Shown one piece after another: positions 13,480 through 26,562 of a stretch of 64,000 nucleotides of DNA. The stretch comes from Tubulanus polymorphus (taxonomy: Eukaryota; Animalia; Nemertea). The stretch spans positions 2,822,485-2,886,484 of the forward strand of contig NC_134027.1 of NCBI RefSeq assembly GCF_964204645.1, written 5' to 3'. The notes beneath the pieces were generated by a model, which had not been told where the DNA came from, did not search any database, and was given only the letters and a program-made list of their open reading frames with translations. The stretch's first letter is position 1. Each line of letters opens with the position of its first letter. The position numbers and the translations under genes were made by a program.

Positions 13480-16039
13480 TCAACCAGTTTGCTTATCATC
13501 TTTCTCGGTTGCGTGCGATTTATCACCATCTTCGTCAGCAGTTTGTTTATCATCCTCTGGAGATGATGCCGATGATATCTTACCCAAAGAGCTCAAAATA
13601 TCTGACATCAATTTCAAGTTATCGACACCTCCAATCAACTGCCTAGAAATATTCCAATTCAATTCATCAAATTGATCGGGTGTCGCTGGATTAACACGCA
13701 GATCTGTTGGATGATGATAGTCACTCATTGTTTTAGATTTTAGTACAATTTTCCATGTATTAAACTCTTGGTTTTTTCACTTACTTGAGAGTTTGTTCGG
13801 CGGTATTTGCTGCTGCGAGGAGTTGTTGAGAAACGTATTTAGTCTGATCGTGAACATCAGCAGAAGCCGGATGACCGGCGCGTAGTATCTCATTCTCGGC
13901 ATTCAAACACGTCAATTCATTCTACGAGATAAGATATTTCTAGTTCTAAAACGCATACCGGGCACCGGTATCTTAATACAAGATAATTGATTGTATTAAA
14001 CTGACCTGCAGAGATTTCATTTCTTGTTTGAGCTTCGTTACTGTATTTTCAGCTTTTACAGCTCTTTGCTACGAAAAAATGAAAATTCAAGTCAAATACC
14101 CGGTATTATCAACAGAATCGTATTCTAAGAGACAGTTATTGTTTGATTTAAACGCACCGTTGAAGTGATCAGATTTGCCTCGACTTGCTGAATCATTGTA
14201 GCCATCGCAGCAGTTTCTTCGGCTTCTTTCGTTTGACTTTTTTCACGGTCTCGCAATAATTCTGCGACTCTGCAAGAATAAAGGAACGGCATCGAAGAAT
14301 TGACCTCCTATTACATACACAACCAAAATCTGTTATAACACCATCATTTTACTGACTTAACACCAACAATTTAACTCAACAATTTTGCTCAATTCAACTT
14401 CATTTCAATAAAGATATCCTTCTTTATAAAGCTGAATTTGCTAATAACGCTAAATAACGACATATTTTTCATTCACCCCAACATCAGCGTTATAAAGCAT
14501 TTTTGCTATAGTCGTGGTTACCTCTGTGATTCCTTCTGGGCAAGTCTTTGATTATCTTCCATTTCTCTCCGTAAATGTTCATTCTCTTCTTGAAGCTGAA
14601 AAGTAGATCAGAGATTTTTCTCTCATTATCAACATTTATGACGCAAGAAACATTTCATTTGAACTTAATCTAAACGTTTAAAAATTACTAACTCTTTTCA
14701 CTTCTTTTCTCTCATTACCAACATTCATAACGGAAGAAACATTTCATTTGAACTTAATCTAAACGTTTAAAAATAACTTACTCTTTTCACTTCTAGCGCT
14801 AAGTTATTATTTGGAGAGACACGAGATGAGTTTGGTCTGGAACTGTGAAGTCTATTCGCGGTAGAAGAATTTGACTGATTAGCACCATCATTATTGTTCA
14901 TATTGCTCAATACACTACTGTCCGTGAGGAAATCGGGAAGAACTCCCGGTGACATACTAACAGCGACCGTATCGTCACCATCGCCGTTCGATAAATTACG
15001 ATTATTAAACCTCGAATCACTTCGAACGAGCGCGTTACCGATAGCGTCGATACTGGGGAAAGATGTCCGATTGTCAGGCGACGATGGTTCGACGGCGCCA
15101 CTGTCTAAAGCGAAGTCCGGCAGCGAAATATCGGATTGAGTTCGACTTCGAGCACTTCTACTACTGACCGTCCGTGGACGACCGTCGTGATTATTGATGT
15201 GATCTTGCACGAAGTCGGGTAGATCGCTAGCGACATCTGGCGCGATGCCAGCGACTCCGTTTACGTAAAATTTTGATCCAGAATGTCCCGGGTTTGAATT
15301 GGCAGCGATGAACTTTTTAAAAGAAAATGGATTTTCATCCTTTTTCTGCGGTTTCTTGCTCTTCTTTTCCACTGAAAACAGAAATTCTTACGATTAAAAA
15401 GATCATACATTTTGTATTTAATGTGGAGTTGAGTAGTTTAAGCCATCTGACATTATTTCTGGCCTCCGCTCAATCCATTCCAGGATTCATGCGAACAAAT
15501 CCTAACAAGTGGAATGATTTTTTCTGGTCGCTTTCCCCTTGACTTGGAACACAGAATCTTTAACCTGCTTATAAAGACCTGAGTGGAGCAGGTTTTGCAA
15601 GTTTGAGTGTGAACCGGCTGAGGGATGAAAAATATTCTTATACAAAGTAAATAGACTTTGAGGCCATGAAACAGACAGGTCAATATGGCACGAACAAGTC
15701 TTACATTAGGACTACACATAGTCTACTAGAGATACATCAACTACATGACATTATTCATCCGTTAGTTGTCATGTTTTAAAAAGTATGATTTTTATCATCA
15801 ATTTTTATATCTGAGGCTGAGCTGAACTTTCCCAGACTATTCTTACCATCGTCGACTATTTTAAGATGTGATCTCTCGCGTTTTGGAGATGGAATATCCG
15901 GTAAATCAAATATATCCACTTCATCTGATGCTGAACTTTCATTCTGATGATTTTTCGTATCGGGGTTTGATTTCTTTTTCACGTAATTTTGGAATGAAAA
16001 TGGATTTTCATCGTCGTCTTTCCTGCCTCCTTCAGCCAT
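13480..16039 (-). CDS. ENTR1: Endosome-associated trafficking regulator 1 (SDCCAG3), 7 coding exons
   Basis: Exons about 16039-15847, 15371-14782, 14595-14522, 14269-14158, 14068-14006, 13922-13785, 13643-13480. Two ENPFSF motifs, LPDF motifs, and C-terminal coiled coil MIQQVEANLITSTQRAVKAENTVTKLKQE...QLIGGVDNLKLMSDILSSLGKIS matching ENTR1. An alternative in-frame ATG lies at 16057. Confidence 0.88.
14617..14794. repeat. Tandem duplication, 2 copies of about 89 bp, covering an ENTR1 splice donor
   Basis: TTTCTCTCATTA(T/C)CAACATT...AAGAAACATTTCATTTGAACTTAATCTAAACGTTTAAAAAT..ACTCTTTTCACTTCT occurs twice with period 89. Confidence 0.9.
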
Positions 16040-16220
16040 ATTGACACCTAGCGCCATCTGGTAATGTTATGACTCAAGTCGCATGAATTGGACTTATGTC
16101 GTATGTCTCACTAGATTTACGATATACGTCACACGTTACGGTTGTGAAGCACCTTTCTCAAGGTCGTTGAGTACTGCTGAAAATTTCTAGTAAATTTTCT
16201 ACTTTTTTCTCAAATCAAAG
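16040..16220. promoter_or_regulatory. Probable bidirectional promoter for ENTR1 and RTCB, including a non-coding first exon of RTCB
   Basis: Head-to-head start codons only about 465 bp apart; + strand donor AAG|GTAAAT at 16221 and acceptor TTTTCAG at about 16459 upstream of the RTCB ATG. Confidence 0.55.
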
Positions 16221-16503
16221 GTAAATTCATGTAAGATAAGCAAAATAAATTGTGACAGTGAATTCAGTATACTAAAAAAGCTTGCTGGCTTGCCAAATAA
16301 TAATTAGCCTAAAAGAAAAACGGTACTATCGCAATTGTGGTTTTGTTGGGTCCACAAAAAAGGCAAAGCCCAAAGGGCAAAGAAAGACAAAAAATGAAAA
16401 AATTCCCTATCCCCAACCAATAGCCAATATCCTGAAAGTTATTTTTTTCCATTTTTCAGTTCAGTTAGCGGAATACTTTCGCTCCAGTTAATTGGAAAAT
16501 AGA

Positions 16504-19507
<3,004 letters not shown>

Positions 19508-19972
19508 TGCTCTTTACACCTTTAAACTGTATATAATGTATTTTTCATTATCAGTTATATCAAAAATTCATAAAGACTAGTCTTTATGAATTTTTGGTTA
19601 TATGTTATTCTTTTTTTCATTAACATTTTGATGATGGTTAAACGCATTGATTTCGAACCTTTTTGTTCATTTACAATAATATTATTGCTGCTTTATTTCA
19701 ATAGTTTTGTGTTCAATGTTTATTTGTTTCCTCTGATTACGATGTTTTATGCTCAACCGAATCTGTTCTATAAGCGCTGATTCGTTCTTCTGTTCAAAAA
19801 TGTATATGACGAATGAATTGAAATCAGAATAAATGCAATGAATGAAATGAAATGAAATGAAATGAAAAACCAGTGTCTTTTAGTTAGTTTCTTCTTTTGC
19901 GTTTTGTTGTTTTGGGGTATCTCGGCAGATGTCACTATCATCGATTCCCGCCCAGCATCACTGATGGTAAAG

Positions 19973-20881
19973 ATGGCTGATGACAAAGGAATACAATTAA
20001 CGGTTCAAGAGGAACCCTCCGAAATCAAATTCGAGAAGGCCAATCGCGATGTAAACGATCGGGATCCGAATAATATCAATGAACATTTACGAGTAAGTTT
20101 TTTCGAAGCTGGAATATTCCGTAGTGCTGCTTCTTCAGGCGGATATCTATGCTTATATTATGATAATTCTGATGAGAGACTTTTTAAAATTATATTTATA
20201 TGCATTCATTTCTAGCTCTCATTCGATGAAGTTTTTGGTGAACCCGATCCGGGTATATTTAGTTACGATCAAGTATGGGCGCTAAGTTATACAGTAAGTG
20301 ACAATATATTATCCGTGTTCTTTTTTGAAATTACCGAATGTATATTCATATAATACATAATGATGCCCAATTAAGTCGTTAGCCTAGGTCAGGATTCATT
20401 TTGTTATCTATTGATAAAATTGCTGTTTTTATTAAACGTCAGTCGTTTCATAAGTTCTGATTTCATATAACGTAGGGATTAAAGTGTGCATTGAAAATTG
20501 AAACAAGTAATATCATTTTAAATCAGTTAGCATCGAATATTGTCGACCACGCCCTTTGGGTCAATGTTCGTAACGCGTTACGCAGTTAATGATGCATATT
20601 TTATTCCCTGTTTTACTACATAGGTTTTTTCGGCGGTGAAATTGTGGACATACAGAATAACATCATTAATATGTGGCCTTCCGCTGATGGTTTTCTGGGG
20701 ATGTTATTTCGCCTGCCTCAGTTTCTGCACTATCTGGTGTTGCGCGCCTTGCTTCAGAGCTTACGAAATCGAGATGCATTGCACGAAGAAATTCTGGAAC
20801 GCGTTCGTCTCGGCAATTTACGGACCTTGTTGTGAAACAGCTGGACTTATTTTGTCAAAGATCAAAATCCAAAAAGTTTAA
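19973..20881 (+). CDS. Caveolin, copy A (about 151 aa, 3 exons)
   Basis: Exons 19973-20092, 20216-20293, 20624-20881. DRDPNNINEHL followed by signature-like SFDEVFGEPD, scaffolding-like SYDQVWALSYTVFSAVKLWTYR and hydrophobic hairpin ending IWCCAPC. Confidence 0.93.
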
Positions 20882-21605
20882 ATTATAATGTTATACGTTA
20901 ATGTCGTGACGTATTACTCTTTGTACATGTATAAATTTTATATTCTATGGGCATTTGAACAATAACGCAAGCGCTTTAATATTGATGTTAACAAACGTGA
21001 CATTATTTATATCGACGTAGTTATGACTGTCTCCACCGCAGTAGTTTTGATAGATCTAGATTTGAAACAATTTCATAATAATATTGATGACAATATACGT
21101 AGTTTTCTCAAGTTACTGGTGATGATCATCTGTAAGGCGTCTAAAGTAAAGGCCTGAATAGAAAATACACGTACGTAAGCTATGTCATATATATTTAGAC
21201 CTTACAATTTCCCTTCCTAATCTATATCGCGAATAATGACATTTTTTATCGGATTTTTACCTGTGGCATGTTATCTATAACTACATAATGGAACCAAGCA
21301 AAAAATATTCGTTTTTTAGATGTATTCATATAGACAATCTTTTTAAGACTAAAAAGCTTTTTATTTTAATAAATTGATTTTAACTAAAATTTCGAAAAAT
21401 AGTCAAATGATGACGTTTACACTATTATATATCTCTGATATTTATATTGATGTATATTTCTATTTGATTCAAAAAATTATATATTTTTGTCTATACGCCG
21501 TGATAATCTTTTATTGGCCCCTTATTCTTTAATTTTCTGTCAATGACTTTATGACAATAAAGATATAAGTAATAACTAAATGTGTTTACTTAGTTATAGT
21601 TTGTT

Positions 21606-21640
21606 CATGGACTGAATAACGATTCGTTTTTAAGTCCATG
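21606..21640. mobile_element. 35-bp inverted-repeat insertion, candidate P-superfamily excision footprint
   Basis: CATGGACTGAATAACGA-T-TCGTTTTTAAGTCCATG flanked by GTTTGTT / GTTTGTC (6 of 7 match). Confidence 0.6.
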
Positions 21641-21956
21641 GTTTGTCCGAGAATATACTCTATAATCTGATAATTGCGCTGTGGTTTTTGTTTGAGTGAC
21701 AAACTGATGGAGACATTGTGATTACGTGAGAGTCCCCTGGTAGAAAATCTGAATGGCTTTGTTCGTCCATATATAGGAGACTATTTGCCTGTGGGGATTA
21801 AAGGGACCATTGTATGTGAGCATGCTGTCACATGTTACTCATTGCGCGGGAAACATCTTTGTTTAGCGGCATCACTAGCTGCTCACTCAGACTGCTGCAC
21901 ACACTCGAAGTGTAACATTTATAGAGCTCACATCGCAACTGAAACAGACAGCAAAG

Positions 21957-22669
21957 ATGGCTGATGACAAAGGAATACAATTAACCGTTCAGGGAGACTC
22001 TGCCGAAGTCAAGTTTGAGAAGGGGAATCAAAACCTAAACGAAAGGGATCCTAATAACATCAACGACCATTTGAGAGTAAGTGTATATACATCGTTTTAA
22101 AACAGATGGATATCGAATCCATTCCATTTTTCTATCAGAACAATTATATAATATGAAATGTGAAATTTCTAGGTTGCTTTCGATGAAGTGTTTGGTGAGC
22201 CAGATCCTGGAGTGTTCAGTTTTGATAAAATCTGGACGTTAAGCTATACAGTAAGTAAAATTTAGATTCCACTAGCTGGTCACCATGTGTGGCATCTGTA
22301 TCTACTACGTACATGTTATAAGTTCACATTGTGGATAAATAATTCAGCCACATTCGTTACAGGAGGAATCATTATTAATTCATACGTAAATCTTTATGAT
22401 CTGTATTATAGGTGTTCTCTGCGGTGAAATTGTGGACGTATAGAATTACATCGTTAATATGTGGCCTTCCGCTGATGGTTTTCTGGGGATGTTATTTCGC
22501 CTGCCTCAGTTTCTGCACGATCTGGTGTTGCGCGCCTTGCTTCAGAGCTTACGAACTGAATATGCATTGCGTGAAGAAATTCTGGAACGCGTTCGTCTCC
22601 TCGATCTACGGACCTTGTTGTGAAACAGCCGGACTTATTTTTTCGAAGATCAAGATTGAAAAAGTTTAA
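21957..22669 (+). CDS. Caveolin, copy B (about 151 aa, 3 exons)
   Basis: Exons 21957-22076, 22173-22250, 22412-22669; ERDPNNINDHLRVAFDEVFGEPDPGVFSFDKIW; same intron positions as copy A. Confidence 0.93.
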
Positions 22670-23154
22670 GACGATATCCGAGTGAACTGTGTCAAATTGA
22701 TTACTTCAGAGTGTTGTCGTGACCAATAGTTCTATGATGTTGTCAGTCGTGCGTGCTTTTAAACCCGCCAAAAAGTTAGATTTTAATTGGCAAGCCTACG
22801 AATGATAGATTCTATGTGTAACGAGGTGACAATCTGATAAATGATAAAGATTATTTCATTCTAGCTGATTTTGTATAGTAGTTAACTGAGGGAAATTTTA
22901 CGTAACACAAGCAAATAAATATTTTTCTTTTATATACAAGATCTCGTCTTTATTCTTCAAATTTTGGGATTTTTAGCTGTATTTTACAAGGATAAATTCT
23001 ATAGTGTCGACTGCCGGATTTCAGACGAGCTGTTGGCGCGGGAAAAAAGTATAGAATACGCGCGGGCCGACAGTTTGTTGCGCAACAAATTAATATGCGG
23101 TATATTCGACTACCCTGGCAAAGGTAGGCCTTCACTTTTGCAGATATGAAAAAG

Positions 23155-23778
23155 ATGGCTGATGATAGAGGCTTACAATTAAAAGTTCGGGGAGAAGATC
23201 CCGATGTTAGATTCGAGGGTGGAAGGCAAGTTTTAGACGAAAGAGATCCAAATGGCATCAATGACCATTTGCTAGTAAGTTTCCCCCATATTTATCTTAT
23301 ATGCATTTGCAGACACAAAAAAATATACTCGTCAATTTATCATAGGTCGCTTTCGATGAAGTGTTTGGTGAGCCGGACCCTGGTATTCACAGTTTTTACA
23401 AAGTTTGGACCCTTACTCACACGGTAAGCGACATTCTGAGAGTGAAATCGCTACTCTTAAATTGAAGAGATCGCGTACTATTTTAGTTCTTTATCTTAGG
23501 TTTACTCGGGAGTAAAACTATGGATGTACAGGCTGTTGACAGTAATATGCGGCATTCCTTTGATGATTATTTGGGGATGTTTCTTCGCGTGCGCCAGTTT
23601 CTGTACGATCTGGTGTTGCACGCCTTGTCTCAGAGCCATCGAACTCTACTATCACTGTCTCAAGAGGTGCGGGGTCGCGTGTATGGAAGCGATTTATGGA
23701 CCTTGCTATCAAGCAATCGGGCTTATTTTCTCAAAGATTCGGGTTGAACAGGTTGTTACTAATAAGCAAATGGTCTAA
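23155..23778 (+). CDS. Caveolin, copy C (about 158 aa, 3 exons)
   Basis: Exons 23155-23274, 23346-23423, 23500-23778; ERDPNGINDHLLVAFDEVFGEPDPGIHSFYKVW; alternative in-frame ATG at 23146. Confidence 0.93.
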
Positions 23779-24416
23779 AGAAGGTCGTTATTATATCTTC
23801 ATAAATTTGACGCGCGGTCTACACGCAGACGCTGCATCATATCAATATTATTTCATGCAGATTTAGCGATTACTTTTCTCGATATTTTAGTGATTTGCAC
23901 TAAAATTCAATACTTTCGTTTAATTGTCGATACTGGGATATTTCCCGTAAAGACGCATATCTATTTTCAACATTCCAATTATTATCATTATTATTAATAT
24001 ATTACATAACATGATTAATCGTTTATTTATTCGCTGCAACAAGTGTTTCGTGCTGTATGGGCATCACTCCGCATAATTGTAAATATACATATTTTACCCG
24101 CTGCAAAATAAAGAATTCTTACGGTTCACTTGTATACAGGTATTCGTTTTTTGCCATTTTGATTCAATTCGTGCTGATATACGGAGTTAAAATAACCGTC
24201 AGGGTTCATTCTGATCGTGATGAGAATAAAATGCCGGACACAAAATACGGAAGCTTGCAAAAAACCACTGCAAAACACGAACAACTTCCTACATGAATAG
24301 CCGAGGAAAGGCCGCTCAACGAAACGAAAAAAAAGCTTTTTTTGTAAATAGCTGATAGTTATTTCAGGAATAAAGATTACATTTCAATAGTAATATCATA
24401 TATGGACAATTTAAGC

Positions 24417-24459
24417 AGCCCTAGGAATATTAATCCAAGGGATTAATATTCCTGGGGTT
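24417..24459. repeat. Near-perfect palindrome/hairpin
   Basis: AGGAATATTAATCC-AAG-GGATTAATATTCCT: perfect 14-bp stem with 3-nt loop, extendable to about 20 bp with G-T pairs. Confidence 0.85.
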
Positions 24460-24563
24460 CGGATAAATAGCACACCATCAAATATGCGGCATCAATAATC
24501 GCACGATTTACCACGAAAGTGTATGATTTTAGAATCGGTTTTTGAAAGCTGCTTTACTTTAAC

Positions 24564-24588
24564 CATGAACTCTGTTTTTGAGTCCGTG
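24564..24588. mobile_element. 25-bp insertion, candidate P-superfamily excision footprint
   Basis: CATGAACTC-TGTTTTTGAGTCCGTG flanked by CTTTAAC / CCTTAAC (6 of 7 match); ends resemble those at 21606 and 59368. Confidence 0.5.
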
Positions 24589-26518
24589 CCTTAACTTAAT
24601 CGTGTAACAATTTATTGTTTTTTTTTCCAACATATCCACCTTGCCTTGCATCATCATCATCAACCCAGTTCATAATATATTTATTTGACAAAACTATTAT
24701 TTATGAACCAACAACCAGCTGCCACTTCAATTTTGATTTCGATAAAAACCATTACCATCGTGTATGTCTGGTACGTGGAGCTTAATTTCAATAAAGTAGA
24801 TTTTTGTAATATCGAGGCTTTCCATATGCAAACAGCAATGCGTGAACATAGTCAACTACATGTAGAATATAAATCTATACATTATGCATTGAGAGAAATG
24901 ACGATTTTCAGCGGAAGTTGTAATTGACCTTTCCAGCCGTTGGACATGACCATATGCTACAGCTATCATCAAGCGAACATCTGGGCGAAGTGGAGACCTC
25001 ACCCTTGTTAGAATTACTAGGTCAATTACGATGTACCGACCATCATCATAAAGCTCACCAGGCAGATATAATTCATATACACTGATCGCATACACAACGC
25101 GCATCCTACAATAGCAGATCAGGTGCATACATACGTTACATGAAAACTCGTTCGGGCCTCGGTGAATGTTTTGATATTCATTTGAACATAATCCAAACAG
25201 CGATAAGAAAGGCTCGTATAATGCTTCCACCGATGAGTACATCACCACTTTTTGTAGTTAGACAGAACTAAGCCCTCGGGCTAAACACAAAGGCAGATCT
25301 ATAACGTCAAAATTATAGATCGTTCCACGTAAAAATGGACAGATTTATGGACATGGAATTCGGTATCTATTAATGTGAAATCTACGATCACAAATGAAGC
25401 GTATATCGATTATAAATATCGTATTATTGTCATCGCTGTAATGACTAGAAGCAACATGGAATCATCCCTAAATATAATCACCAACATTTTTTTCAGTTCC
25501 TATACATTTTATACAGCAAACCTTTTAAACTTTATGAACACAACGCAACAAATTCAATATCAACACAATTACAAATACGTACACTATAATTTCCCTATTA
25601 ATTACATTTCAGATATATTTACACAAGAAGAATTAGAGCATTGCCTCACAAAACAAAACGATGATTTATTGTCGTTGACACAAAATCAACAACTTTTTAG
25701 GTATAATTAGACTAAGCCAGATTGTAAAACATTGATTTTGTCTTCAAACTGAGTATATATTTATTTGATCATGACTGCCCAATAATAATAGTTGTATCAC
25801 ACATTGTCCACATTTCATATTACAAACGGTTCCATTATATACCATAAGGGACCGTTTCATAAAGTACAGGGATGCACAATGTACATAGGAGGGATAGCAC
25901 CATCCTTTCAATGCCAGTGCGCACTTGAAGAGAACAAATGTAAATATCATAATATCATATTGACTTTCATCGCACTTTATGAAAATCCCTTATATTGATC
26001 TAGCACCTAAATGAAGTTCCCACAGTTCACCAGAGAAATAATGATATAGCAGAAATTATAATTCCTTAAAGGAAACAATAACAGAAAATGATTTATCTAC
26101 ATACAAGTTACCATAGATATAATCGTATATACTAAAGCTTGGGAAGAATACTAGTACTTCAAGAGAACAAAACAAAGAAAGAATACATCTCTAAAATCGG
26201 ATATTTTTAAATCAAAATTGATAAAAACAAGAGCCCATTCGTGATCTTAAAAAATCAGAAAATTGAAAGCTTTTTCCCAACATTGAACAAAAACGATGTG
26301 ATCACGTATCATATTCGAATATACAGTCATATAGTGAGGAGCTTTAGTCTGTAGATGCTAAATCAGAGTGAATCGGAATTAAAATGCGCCATCATTCATC
26401 CAGACAAAACAAATGTGATGCACGACATCTGTTGATAAAAAGTAGAACCTGAATATATTACCGATCACATATAGGCATTGGAAGTCCTGTTTGAACTAAG
26501 ACTACAGTCTGTGTTTGA

Positions 26519-26520
<2 letters not shown>

Positions 26521-26560
<40 letters not shown>
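26521..26560 (-). repeat. (CAG)13 microsatellite immediately after the RAB43 stop codon
   Basis: Plus strand (GCT)n at 26521-26562; minus strand reads TAG-(CAG)13-CAA. Confidence 0.97.

Positions 26561-26562
<2 letters not shown>

Noticed and set aside
19862-19972. Signal-peptide-like N-terminal extension on caveolin A (MKNQCLLVSFFFCVLLFWGISA)
   Set aside because: The hydrophobic residues come from a T-rich polypyrimidine tract before a CAG acceptor, the ATG lies in an (AAATG)n repeat, and copies B and C begin at MADD.
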